A stretch of DNA of 64,000 bases from an uncultured bacterium. GTDB taxonomy: Bacteria; Verrucomicrobiota; Verrucomicrobiia; Limisphaerales; UBA8199. This document shows positions 1 to 8,886 of the stretch, one piece after another. The translations under genes were made by a program, and so were the position numbers. Position 1 is the stretch's first letter. Each line of letters opens with the position of its first letter. The stretch spans positions 160,001-224,000 of the forward strand of contig CAVVMW010000021.1 in assembly GCA_963749495.1 (NCBI GenBank). Reading direction: 5' to 3'. The notes under the pieces were generated by a model that saw only the letters and a list, made by a program, of their open reading frames with translations, searched no databases and was not told where the DNA came from.

Positions 1-2688
1 ACCAGCACGCGTTACGCCGCCGCCTCGATGCGGCGCGCTGAACAGCGCCGCTCGCTCCGTGAACAGGAAGCCCACATTATGAGCCAGCTCACCCAGGCAA
101 CGGGAACCGACCCCAATTGGGAACAAGTCCGGCCGATCCTCGACGAAGCCATGCACGAATTGAAGGAGGAGGACCGGGAGGCGATCCTGTTAAGGTTCTT
201 CGACCGCTTGCCCCTGGCGGACGTGGGCTCGCGCCTGGGCGTGACCGAGAATACCGCCCGAATGCGGGTCGAGCGGGCCACGGAGAAGCTGCGCGCTCGC
301 CTGGCGCTGCGGGGTATATGTTCGACCGCGGCGGCGCTGGGCACTGCAATGGCCCAGCAAGCGGTTGGCACCGCCCCGTCCGCTCTGGCCTCGAGGGTCG
401 CGGCTCGCGCGGCGGTCGCGGGAGCCGGAGCCGCCGCCGGCAGCCTGGGGACGCTCAGTTCCTGGAGCTTGGCGGGCAAAGGGGTGGTGCTGGCCGGCGC
501 GGTGGTAATCGTCGCGGCTTTGGGCCTGTTGAAGTTGACAACGTCGTCATCGAACCACCAGCCGTCCATCGCCGGCGAGGCTGCCGCGACCGCCAAGGCT
601 CCATTGGGCGCCCAAACCGATGGCACGAGGAAGAAAAGCGCCGGGATGGCCGACCAATCCTCTGCCGCCGGGTCCGGCCCCGAGCTTCTCTTTGTCGAAG
701 ATCACACCGGGCTGCCCATCACCAACCGTGTAGCGTGGCTACGGGGATGGGAGCGAGGCTCGCAGTCGTTGGTCGAGAAGATGGTTCGGCTGGAGCGAGC
801 TCGTGTTGTTGCGCCCTTCGATCCGAGTTACGGCCCGGGCTATTGGATTCTCACTCACGTCGAGGGCTATGCCGACGTCAGCCTCAAATGGCAGCCGAAA
901 CGCGGGGAGACTGTCCCTCAATCGTATCTGGTGCGCCTGGTTCGGCCCGCACTGATTGGCGGGCGCGTTGTCGATCCCGCCGGGGAACCGGTGGCTGGGG
1001 CCGAAGTTGCCTTTGGGAACAACCCCATTCCCGGCAGTGACGCCAAACCCGAGAGCCACGCGATTGACCAGCTCATTGCCACCACAGATGCCCAAGGCCG
1101 CTGGCAGATCGACCGGGTCGCACCCGACTGCGTCCGTTACCTTGCCGGCTCCGCTTCGCATCCGGACTTTTCACGATCCGAATCCGTTGATGTGGGCTCC
1201 CGCCCGGAATTCGCCCGGCAGTTGCTCGAAGGCACCTTCACGTTCCGACTCGGCTCGGGCATCATCGTCCAGGGCACCGTCGTGGACCCTTCGGAGCAGC
1301 CTGTGGCCGGGGCGTTGGTTCATGTGGGCGGGCTTTCCGAGGCCGGCAGCCGGGATGCCCATTCGGCAGCGGACGGCACATTTCGAGTCGCAGGCTGCAG
1401 GCCGGGGACCCAGCTTGTGACCGCGGATGCGCCCGGCTTCGCCCCCGCTGTTCTCTCCCTCGACCTGAAGCCCAACCTGCCGCCCGTGAAGTTGGCACTG
1501 GGCCTCGGCCGGACGTTGCGGGTTCGGGTGGTCGATGCGAGTGGCCAGCCGGTCTCCGGTGCCAGGTTGTGTTATGACCCTTTCGACCGCCGCTTGCCGG
1601 GGCCTTTCCCCCAGGTAGAGTTTCTTCAGGATTCCGACCCCGACGGCCGCATCGTTTGGGGGCACGCCCCGGACCAGGACCTCGAGTTTGACTGTTCCGC
1701 GCCCGGCCACATGTGCGTCTCGGACCTGCTCCTCCACCCGGACGACCAGGAGCATGAGATCACTCTGCCGCCGGCATTGGTCATCAGCGGAACGGTGCGA
1801 GACGCGGACACCGGCGCGATGGTGCCACGCTTCAAGCTGGGAATTGGTTGGCCTGAGCGGGATCCTGACGGTTCCCCTGCAATCCGCTGGAGCACTATCA
1901 ACCGGTTCTGGCCGAGTTTCACCGGGGGCGAATTCCGCCACAGCATCGAGGAGCCCGTCATCGGGGGGACCACCAACCCGGGCTACGTTTTCCGGTTCGA
2001 GGCCGCTGGATATCCGCCGTTCGTTACCCGCGCTTACGGCGCCGATGAAGGCGACGTGACGCTGGACATCAGGCTCCACAGGGCGGAGGAAACACCCGTG
2101 GCCGTGTATACGCCGGCGGGCCGGCCCGCGAACGATGCGCAGATCGCTTTGCTCGCTCCCGGCAACCAGCTCAGACTCACTCCCGGCGGGTTCAGCACCC
2201 TGGGAAGCATGGGCTCGACCTGGTTGCGCAAGGCGGATGCCCAAGGCCAATTCGTCCTTCCCAAGGACGATGCCGTGCAGCGGATAGCGATTGTGCATCC
2301 GGAGGGTTATCTCGAATGCCCCGCGGGCGACTTGCGCCAGTCGCCTGCCGCCCGCCTCCAACCCTGGGCGCACGTCGAAGGAGTCTGGCTGGAGCAGGGA
2401 CAGCCGGTGGCCAATCGCGAAGTAAGTTTGGATTTCAGCCACAAGGTGGAGCGCGCCCTCTCACTGGAATACTCGGCCTACCGAACCAAGACGGATGACC
2501 ATGGCCACTTTGCTTTCCCTCAGATTCCCGCGGGTCTCTTCGATGTCATCGTCTGGGGCGAGTCAATCGGCCAGCACGGTGCGCGCTTCGGCCGGCACGC
2601 GCTCTCGGTCGAGGCACGACCCGGTGAAACCAATCAAGTAATCCTTGGAGCTGCCGATTCGGCGGGCGCGGCGGACACGAATCGATAG
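1..2688 (+). CDS. ECF sigma-70 factor (5' truncated by window) with TM segment and long C-terminal extension of carboxypeptidase-regulatory-like repeats
   Basis: Frame open from base 1; region-4-like LDEAMHELKEEDREAILLRFF...ARMRVERATEKLR; hydrophobic VVLAGAVVIVAALGLL; repeated GRVVD..GEPVAGAEV / TDADGRF-type motifs. Confidence 0.85.
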   Translation, partial: TSTRYAAASMRRAEQRRSLREQEAHIMSQLTQATGTDPNWEQVRPILDEAMHELKEEDREAILLRFFDRLPLADVGSRLGVTENTARMRVERATEKLRARLALRGICSTAAALGTAMAQQAVGTAPSALASRVAARAAVAGAGAAAGSLGTLSSWSLAGKGVVLAGAVVIVAALGLLKLTTSSSNHQPSIAGEAAATAKAPLGAQTDGTRKKSAGMADQSSAAGSGPELLFVEDHTGLPITNRVAWLRGWERGSQSLVEKMVRLERARVVAPFDPSYGPGYWILTHVEGYADVSLKWQPKRGETVPQSYLVRLVRPALIGGRVVDPAGEPVAGAEVAFGNNPIPGSDAKPESHAIDQLIATTDAQGRWQIDRVAPDCVRYLAGSASHPDFSRSESVDVGSRPEFARQLLEGTFTFRLGSGIIVQGTVVDPSEQPVAGALVHVGGLSEAGSRDAHSAADGTFRVAGCRPGTQLVTADAPGFAPAVLSLDLKPNLPPVKLALGLGRTLRVRVVDASGQPVSGARLCYDPFDRRLPGPFPQVEFLQDSDPDGRIVWGHAPDQDLEFDCSAPGHMCVSDLLLHPDDQEHEITLPPALVISGTVRDADTGAMVPRFKLGIGWPERDPDGSPAIRWSTINRFWPSFTGGEFRHSIEEPVIGGTTNPGYVFRFEAAGYPPFVTRAYGADEGDVTLDIRLHRAEETPVAVYTPAGRPANDAQIALLAPGNQLRLTPGGFSTLGSMGSTWLRKADAQGQFVLPKDDAVQRIAIVHPEGYLECPAGDLRQSPAARLQPWAHVEGVWLEQGQPVANREVSLDFSHKVERALSLEYSAYRTKTDDHGHFAFPQIPAGLFDVIVWGESIGQHGARFGRHALSVEARPGETNQVILGAADSAGAADTNR

Positions 2689-2738
2689 CATTGGAACTGC
2701 ACGATCACAACCAGGCGGGGGCCTAAACACTCAATTCA

Positions 2739-3854
2739 ATGAGTACGTTTTCCGGAATCGGCCGCGCGAGCGGATCCTGGCGCAATAATCCGGCTAGCGG
2801 GCCCCGGCGTGGGGCGTTGCCTGCGTTGTGCGTCACGATCATTCTGGCGTTGAGCGGCGTTTGCGAACAGGCCATCGGTATGGATCAGGACAGTGATCTC
2901 GCCAAATGGGGGGCATTCTTGCAGCAAACAACTCCCGTCAAGCGGCTCGTCTATTCGGAGCCTTCTCATATCAGCGTGAATGGAGCGCCGCTTGAAGGGA
3001 CATTAACGTACGAGTGCGCGTTCCAAGACGAAACTTTCTATTGGCGCAACCTCACGAATTTCCCAGGTCATCCAAAACACCACCCCTTCGAAGGAATGGT
3101 CGTCGGATTGTGCCCAGGAAGAGACGCGGGCCAATACTGGTGCATCCAGTGGTTGGAGCCCCAGGGAGTAGTTAGCATCGCGCCGCGGCAGGTTCCCAGG
3201 CGGATTGAAACGGTGTCTAATGCTGAGACGTATGGCCCCTACGCGGAGCGCGACATGTTCCCGGTACGATCACTGGGGCTGATTGGCTTGGCGCCAAAGT
3301 CCTTCGTGTGGATCGACGATCGCCATTTCAAGGCGCGGGTATATTCGACCAAGTGGCCGTTGGACACGGCAACTGCTGAACTAACCGGCGAAGTTGTCCG
3401 CCTTGATGAGAACAGCCGACCGTTGGTGCTTAAGCTCACCTGCCCGGAATACTTCAAGAGGCCGCCCAGCACCTACATCGCGCGTTACACGTACGCCGAT
3501 CTGGAGCCGCGCTGGTTTCCGTCCGAGATAACCACTTCGGCGCCGGATGGCCGAAACGCGTTCACCTTGAAAATTCTGGCGGTCGAGCTCGGGCGGGCCG
3601 ACCTGCCGCCGGACGGTTACACTCCTGGGATGTTTCTTCCGGAAACTGCGGAACCGGAGTTCTTTTTCGTCTCCAATGGCGTACAACACGTGTTCACCCC
3701 CGCCGGGCCAGTGGCGACACCCCGGCCGAAACCGCCCCAAGTGTCTCCCTTGCGCCTCGCCGTTCTGGGAGCCCTTGTGGCCGTCATTAGCACATATTTC
3801 CTGGTGCGACTCTATGTTCGTCGGAGGCGTGCCGGGGCCGACCTGTCAAAGTGA
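2739..3854 (+). CDS. Hypothetical exported protein with C-terminal membrane anchor
   Basis: 371 aa ORF; N-terminal hydrophobic stretch; C-terminal TM followed by RRRR. Confidence 0.7.
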   Translation: MSTFSGIGRASGSWRNNPASGPRRGALPALCVTIILALSGVCEQAIGMDQDSDLAKWGAFLQQTTPVKRLVYSEPSHISVNGAPLEGTLTYECAFQDETFYWRNLTNFPGHPKHHPFEGMVVGLCPGRDAGQYWCIQWLEPQGVVSIAPRQVPRRIETVSNAETYGPYAERDMFPVRSLGLIGLAPKSFVWIDDRHFKARVYSTKWPLDTATAELTGEVVRLDENSRPLVLKLTCPEYFKRPPSTYIARYTYADLEPRWFPSEITTSAPDGRNAFTLKILAVELGRADLPPDGYTPGMFLPETAEPEFFFVSNGVQHVFTPAGPVATPRPKPPQVSPLRLAVLGALVAVISTYFLVRLYVRRRRAGADLSK

Positions 3855-3909
3855 GGACCACAACTGAAAGCTATACCCGTGACTCTCCAGATCTGAGTAT
3901 AGAATCGCC

Positions 3910-4635
3910 ATGAGATCAAATCCATTCCCAGGCAGTGATCGCCACGCATTTACGCTGGTTGAAATGCTCGTCGTAATAGCCGTGATTGGCATCTTGGCCA
4001 GCCTTCTTTTGCCAGCGGTGTCAAGATCCAAGCCGCGAGCACGGCTTACGGCCTGTTTCAACAACCAGCGCCAACAAGGCGCAGGTTTTGCGCTTTACTT
4101 GCTGGACCATGAGGACACTTATCCCAGCTGGGAGGGGTGGGCCGCCGTCGGGGGAAAGACAGGGATGATCGCCGAGAACGCGGGCATCATCGAGGCCAAG
4201 GACAGACCGTTGAACGTGTACGTCGGGAATACCGCAAGCTTTTGCTGCCCGAGCGATGCCGGGGAGGATGGGCGAAGCGTCATCCGCGAATCCGGGCGAA
4301 AGCTTTCTTGCTTCGACGCGTGGGGCACGAGTTATTTCGTTGCGTCAGTCTATGACCTCTACCGTGTGAAGCACGTTATCAGTTGGAAGGGGGAGCCTTC
4401 CAATATTCCTCCGATGAAGGGCTCCGAGGTGGGCGTTAGCCCGGCCAACAAGGTCATTCAAGGGGATTGGTGCTGGTCTAGTGGGCTGGATGACTCATCG
4501 TGGCATTGGGCCGGCGGCAAGCGATATAAATATGCCATGTTGTTCGGTGACGGCCATTGCGAGGGCATCGATCTCGCCGAGGGAAAAGGTAGCGGAAGCC
4601 ACATACCCCCGGACCGAGCGTGGAAATGGTGGTGA
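3910..4635 (+). CDS. Prepilin-type N-terminal cleavage/methylation domain protein with H-X9-DG-like C-terminus
   Basis: AFTLVEMLVVIAVIGILASLLLPAVSR; C-terminal WH...AMLFGDGH. Confidence 0.9.
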   Translation: MRSNPFPGSDRHAFTLVEMLVVIAVIGILASLLLPAVSRSKPRARLTACFNNQRQQGAGFALYLLDHEDTYPSWEGWAAVGGKTGMIAENAGIIEAKDRPLNVYVGNTASFCCPSDAGEDGRSVIRESGRKLSCFDAWGTSYFVASVYDLYRVKHVISWKGEPSNIPPMKGSEVGVSPANKVIQGDWCWSSGLDDSSWHWAGGKRYKYAMLFGDGHCEGIDLAEGKGSGSHIPPDRAWKWW

Positions 4636-4812
4636 TTCGACTTCATGGGTATAGGTATAGGTTCAGAGATGTGCGTGGCACCGAATGACGGGGCGGTGCA
4701 CGGGCTGCGTGGCAGGCCAACGGCGAACTTGCGGCGGCTGAGTAGGGGGCCCGCATACCGGAGATGGGCTCCGCTGGGATTCTCGTTTGCATTTTCGCTA
4801 TTCGATCGTGAA

Positions 4813-4877
4813 GGGGTCAGTCAATGAGAATGTGCTATTCTGATCAAAGGGCCAATATGACAATCTCATTGGCCCCC
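4813..4877. repeat. Short GGGGTC-ended inverted-repeat element (MITE/REP-like), related to 7220-7331
   Basis: ggggtcagtcaatgagaatgt ... acaatctcattggccccc; TATGACAATCTCATT shared at 4856-4870 and 7307-7321. Confidence 0.6.
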
Positions 4878-4921
4878 TTTCCGTAGGCCAAAACCGTCGA
4901 AAAACCGGCAAAACTCGCCGC

Positions 4922-4950
4922 TTGACACCCTCCTCGGCGTCTGGCATCAT
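4922..4950 (+). promoter_or_regulatory. Putative sigma70 promoter of leader element 1
   Basis: TTGACA (4922-4927), 17-bp spacer, CATCAT (4945-4950); homologous sequence on minus strand at about 35405-35462. Confidence 0.6.
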
Positions 4951-4987
4951 CCAGCCGTAATGAGTGAGACCGAAAACCAATTCTCGT

Positions 4988-5042
4988 TCACCCGCGAAGC
5001 GTCAAAACCCGCGCAGCGGCAGAAAAGCAATTTCCTATCAGT
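4988..5042 (+). repeat. 55-bp direct repeat, copy 1
   Basis: TCACCCGCGAAGCGTCAAAACCCGCGCAGCGGCAGAAAAGCAATTTCCTATCAGT, identical at 5786 and 6204. Confidence 0.97.
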
Positions 5043-5079
5043 TTACGAACCATTCGTCGTATAATCCCCTTTGTGTAGT

Positions 5080-5763
5080 ATGAAATCAACACGGTACACA
5101 ATCCTCCCTTTTCTTGTGTTGTGTTTGTCTAACCATCCCCTGCCGGCTGGTTCACCCGGTCCCCCCACGGCCAGGGAGATAGATCTACCTGACGCGGCTA
5201 CCAACCTCATAGAAATAGTTCGCGAGACCAAAGACCCGGATGCGAAATGGCGCGCCATTCGAACGCTCAGGGACCTGCGCTGCGTGGAGGCAGCGCCACT
5301 CTTGCTTAAGTGCCTCAAAGATGATCATCACCATGTGAGGGCCAATGCCGCCCGAGCCCTTGGAGACATGCGCGTCAAGGCCGCCTCAGGCCCTCTGATT
5401 GACCTTCTGAAGCAGGAGAAGGACCGCGGCGTCATTGAGCAGGCATCTCTCGCACTGAAACTCTTGCAGGCACATGAAGCTGTCCCGGTTCTGAAACAGT
5501 GTGCCAACCACGAGTCTGTGCAAACCCGTGCATGGGTTCTTCAAGCAATCGGAGATCTCGGCAGCCGAACGGATGTTCCCTTTCTGGCCGAACGGCTGAA
5601 CTCGTCAACGACCGAGCAGCTTGCTGCTGCACAGGGTATTGAGAAACTTGCGAAGGTTGATTTCGATTTCCCAAAGGGTCAAGGTTTGGTCAGTGAAAGA
5701 CCTGCAATCAACCGCGCACAGGATTGGTGGGAGAAGAACAAATCTGCCTTTCAAAGTGAGTGA
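5080..5763 (+). CDS. Exported HEAT-repeat protein, between repeat copies 1 and 2
   Basis: Signal-like N-terminus; LKDDHHHVRANAARALGDMR HEAT-like repeats. Confidence 0.85.
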   Translation: MKSTRYTILPFLVLCLSNHPLPAGSPGPPTAREIDLPDAATNLIEIVRETKDPDAKWRAIRTLRDLRCVEAAPLLLKCLKDDHHHVRANAARALGDMRVKAASGPLIDLLKQEKDRGVIEQASLALKLLQAHEAVPVLKQCANHESVQTRAWVLQAIGDLGSRTDVPFLAERLNSSTTEQLAAAQGIEKLAKVDFDFPKGQGLVSERPAINRAQDWWEKNKSAFQSE

Positions 5764-5785
5764 GCAAGTGGATCACACGAGCAGT

Positions 5786-5840
5786 TCACCCGCGAAGCGT
5801 CAAAACCCGCGCAGCGGCAGAAAAGCAATTTCCTATCAGT
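5786..5840 (+). repeat. 55-bp direct repeat, copy 2
   Basis: Identical to 4988-5042. Confidence 0.97.
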
Positions 5841-5968
5841 AGTTGGTCAGCTTGGCCTTGACAACCACTTTGCCCATGCGGGCGAGTTAGGCGCGCAGGC
5901 AGCGCGTGTCAAATGCCCAATTCGGAGCTGGGCGATTAGAAGCGTCCGGCATGGGCCTCGGGAGTTAT

Positions 5969-6156
5969 GTCCCGGAGGGGCATCTGACAATAGCCCGGCG
6001 TTTCAACGCCGGGGAGGCGACAAAAGGGACCCTCGTCCCGAAGGGACGACTGAGAACACTCCTCGCTTTCAGCCGTCCCTTCGGGACGGACCTGCTCCTT
6101 GGGGCCACTCACCCGGCGTTGAAACGCCGGGCTATTGTCGGAAGCCCCTTCGGGGC
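5969..6156. repeat. Palindromic REP/MITE-like element between repeat copies 2 and 3
   Basis: gacaatagcccggcgtttcaacgccggg ... cccggcgttgaaacgccgggctattgtc inverted arms. Confidence 0.8.
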
Positions 6157-6203
6157 AAGAAGGCGCGGTGGGCTGACCGACGGTTTTAATCGCACCCTGG
6201 AGA

Positions 6204-6258
6204 TCACCCGCGAAGCGTCAAAACCCGCGCAGCGGCAGAAAAGCAATTTCCTATCAGT
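6204..6258 (+). repeat. 55-bp direct repeat, copy 3
   Basis: Identical to 4988-5042; separated by 2 bp from the ATG at 6261. Confidence 0.97.
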
Positions 6259-6260
6259 CG

Positions 6261-6992
6261 ATGAAAATCAAACTTCCTCTCTGCCTCGTGCTTGTTTTGA
6301 GCTGCGGCCTTTTGGGCGTTCGCCCAAATGACACGATCGCAAATGCGTCGTCCGCGCAGTTGGCTGAGGAATTCAAGAATTCCAAGGTCTTCTGGCAGCA
6401 ATTTGAAATTGCCAGGAAAATTGTGGCACTCCACGATACGAACGTTCTTTCGAGACTTGCGGGTTGGTTGACCAACGAGGACAGGCACGCAAGAGGCAAC
6501 GCGGCATTCATCTTTGCCGGAATGGGAGATGATCGGGAATTCGAGGTCATTCGGAAAATTCTCAACGACAGGTCCGAAAGACCCAAAGGGCAGGGCGTGC
6601 CGGGCGGCAACTGGACGCTTCAAGCGCAGATTGCTTCCGACCGCTACCACGCTGTCCACCTGTTTGGCGATCTCAAAGATCCGCGGGCGGTTCCCATTCT
6701 CATTCCGCTGCTTCGCGACAAAGAGGTGAACTACATCGTCCCCTGGGCGCTCGGGGAAATCGGCGACAAGCGTGCAGTCGAGCCGCTCATTGGGGCATTG
6801 AGCGACAAAGATCCATCTGTGCGCGTTCTGGCGATTTATTCCCTGGAGAAACTTAAGGCTGACAAAGCATTGCCGCAGCTTCAGGCGTTGCTGAACGACA
6901 ACGACCGAAGCAATTTTGGCGAACGCGTTTCTGTTGCCGAGGCGGCCCAGGCAGCCGTAACCAATTTGGAAACGAAGCCAACGCAGCCATGA
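6261..6992 (+). CDS. Exported HEAT-repeat (PBS lyase-like) protein
   Basis: WALGEIGDKRAVEPLIGALSDKDPSVRVLAIYSLEKL; signal-like N-terminus. Confidence 0.9.
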   Translation: MKIKLPLCLVLVLSCGLLGVRPNDTIANASSAQLAEEFKNSKVFWQQFEIARKIVALHDTNVLSRLAGWLTNEDRHARGNAAFIFAGMGDDREFEVIRKILNDRSERPKGQGVPGGNWTLQAQIASDRYHAVHLFGDLKDPRAVPILIPLLRDKEVNYIVPWALGEIGDKRAVEPLIGALSDKDPSVRVLAIYSLEKLKADKALPQLQALLNDNDRSNFGERVSVAEAAQAAVTNLETKPTQP

Positions 6993-7234
6993 ACTCAAAA
7001 CTCCCCATCTGCCTCGTGCTCGTTTTGAGCGGCGGCTTTGCTGGTTGCTCCCAGGATTATCAATCCAATAACGACGCCGCTCGCGTCGAGAACAACCATG
7101 AAATCCTCCGACTGGCAAAGTTGATTGGTCCAACAAATCCTCCGATCACCGATCAAATGCTGGAAAGCGGCGAATTCGATGGAAGCCTGTTTGGTTTGAA
7201 ACGGGGTCGGTCCATAAACGGGGTCGGTCCATGA
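6989..7234 (+). CDS. Short putative lipoprotein, probably truncated by the adjacent repeat element
   Basis: ATGA overlap with upstream gene; N-terminus similar to that of 6261; FAGC lipobox-like motif; ORF ends inside a GGGGTC element. Confidence 0.55.
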   Translation: MNSKLPICLVLVLSGGFAGCSQDYQSNNDAARVENNHEILRLAKLIGPTNPPITDQMLESGEFDGSLFGLKRGRSINGVGP

Positions 7235-7331
7235 GAGTGTACTATTTACTGGTCGGCGGGGAGAGAGCCGCCGCTCGCGGCGCTGGCAGGAAACGGCCAC
7301 TGGAGTTATGACAATCTCATTTAGTCACCCC
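7220..7331. repeat. GGGGTC-ended inverted-repeat element related to 4813-4877
   Basis: ggggtcggtccatgagagtgt ... acaatctcatttagtcacccc; 17-bp tandem duplication aaacggggtcggtccat at left end. Confidence 0.6.
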
Positions 7332-7341
7332 GAAATGTGGG

Positions 7342-7883
7342 GCTGGGCGCATCCCGACACCGCCCCCGGAGCGCCGGCTTCAGCCGGCTTTGCGCGCACC
7401 TGCGCCCCTTTGGGTCCCTGTGAACATTGAACGTCCGAAGCCGGCTGAAGCCCTTGTCATTACCCACATCTTTCCGGGCTGTCATTCAGAGGATCTCATG
7501 GCCCCATGACCTTCAGGCCAATGGCCTGACTTATACCAGCCCAGGGCCTCGCCCTGGGTTTCCGTGCGGTCTTGTCCCATTGCAGGCCAGCGGCCTGCCT
7601 CATCGCGTTGAGCAGACGATGGGGCCGGAGCTCAATCCGACGGCGGGATGAGTCGCGCTTTCAGCGCTCAGAATGGTCTTTGGCCGACAAACCCAGGGCG
7701 AGGCCCTGGGCTGGTATGAGGGACGCCGTTGGCGTCCCGCACAGGCTCAGGGCGCCCTCTCGGTGCTGCCTTTGTGGCAGTTGCCCCGGGCGCCCAGAAG
7801 TGAAACTGAAATCACCGGCCAGAAGATGTGGGTCATGACAAGGGCTTTAGCCGGCGCTCCGGCCCTTCGGCGTCGGTGGCGGG
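7342..7883. repeat. Palindromic element (intact copy at 53499-53640) interrupted by an inserted MITE
   Basis: 7342-7450 and 7849-7883 match the two parts of 53499-53640. Confidence 0.85.
7448..7847. mobile_element. MITE with 25-bp terminal inverted repeats, containing a further palindrome
   Basis: aagcccttgtcattacccacatctt (7448-7472) / aagatgtgggtcatgacaagggctt (7823-7847), 1 mismatch; absent from the copy at 53499. Confidence 0.8.
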
Positions 7884-7938
7884 AGTAGTGTCCGGTTGCC
7901 CCCTGGACAACGCGCCAGCATCACACTAGCATCCTCTG

Positions 7939-8592
7939 ATGGCAAACGAAGAGCTTCAGGAATCCGTGCTGGTCGTTTCGCGCCAGGCCGTTGAAAAGCT
8001 GTGCCCTCGAACCTTCTCAAGGGAAGGCCAGCGGACGGCGTTGGCGGTCCTGGCAAACTACCGCTTTCTGGAACGAACGGTGGCCGAGCACGATTTCGGC
8101 TCCAAGCAGGTCATCCCCTACGTCGTGATTCGGCACCAGGACCGCTACCTGCTCATGCGCAGGACCAGGCGGCAGACCGAGAGCCGGCTCCACGACAAGT
8201 ACTCGCTCGGGGTTGGGGGCCATATCAACCGGGGTGACCTCGAGCCGGGCCATGACAATATCATCCTTGCCGGCATGAGACGGGAGTTGGCGGAGGAGAT
8301 CCGGGTCGAGGCGGAACAGTCGTGCGACCTCATCGGCGTCATCAACGACGATTCAACCGAGGTCGCGCGCGTACACATGGGCCTGGTCTTTCTGCTGAGC
8401 GCCGCCACCGCGCGCTATGAGATTGTAGAACAGGACAAGTACACCGCTGCGTGGAAGACCCTGCCCGAGCTCCTGGCCTATTACGAACAGATGGAGACCT
8501 GGGCCCAGATCGTCCATGATTACGTCCTGCTGGGCGGCAGGGCCGACCGCACCCGCAAGTGGGAAGGCCCGCAAGCGGTAAGGCCTCAGTGA
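7939..8592 (+). CDS. NUDIX-family phosphoesterase (YmaB/COG4112-like)
   Basis: KQVIPYVVI, ESRLHDKYSLGVGGHIN, RELAEE, GVINDDSTEVARVHMG. Confidence 0.85.
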   Translation: MANEELQESVLVVSRQAVEKLCPRTFSREGQRTALAVLANYRFLERTVAEHDFGSKQVIPYVVIRHQDRYLLMRRTRRQTESRLHDKYSLGVGGHINRGDLEPGHDNIILAGMRRELAEEIRVEAEQSCDLIGVINDDSTEVARVHMGLVFLLSAATARYEIVEQDKYTAAWKTLPELLAYYEQMETWAQIVHDYVLLGGRADRTRKWEGPQAVRPQ

Positions 8593-8609
8593 AGGGGAGC
8601 GGCACGGGG

Positions 8610-8763
8610 GCAGACCCCTCACCCCGGCCCTCTCCCCTGGAAGGGGAGAGGGAGAGTTCTTGGTGGCGCTTTGAGGAAGCGCAGACGCCTAGCAGCTCCC
8701 GAGACTGCCAACGCTTCTCCCTCTCCCCTTTGGAAGGGGAGAGGGCCGGGGTGAGGGGTCTGC
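8610..8763. repeat. Palindromic REP-like element (CCCTCACCCCGGCCCTCTCCC family)
   Basis: Inverted arms; further copies at 30371-30516 and 37527-37704. Confidence 0.85.
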
Positions 8764-8886
8764 CCGACACTCCGTCTCCGCCTCCACTGACCGGTTACCG
8801 CAAGCCTTTCCCTGAACGTCCGGGCTCCGTCATTCGTCATTCGTCACTCTCGACACTCGGCTGCCGATCTGATAGGTAGCCTCGGA

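Noticed and set aside
4960..5064. Leader peptide MSETENQFSF... as a conserved functional peptide
   Set aside because: Reading frame across the motif differs between loci and is not in frame with downstream genes.
4988..6258. Canonical CRISPR array
   Set aside because: Inserts are 363-743 bp, the repeat is not palindromic, and no cas genes are seen.
4988..6258. Canonical integron attC array
   Set aside because: No RYYYAAC/GTTRRRY ends or attC-like hairpin, and no intI in the window.
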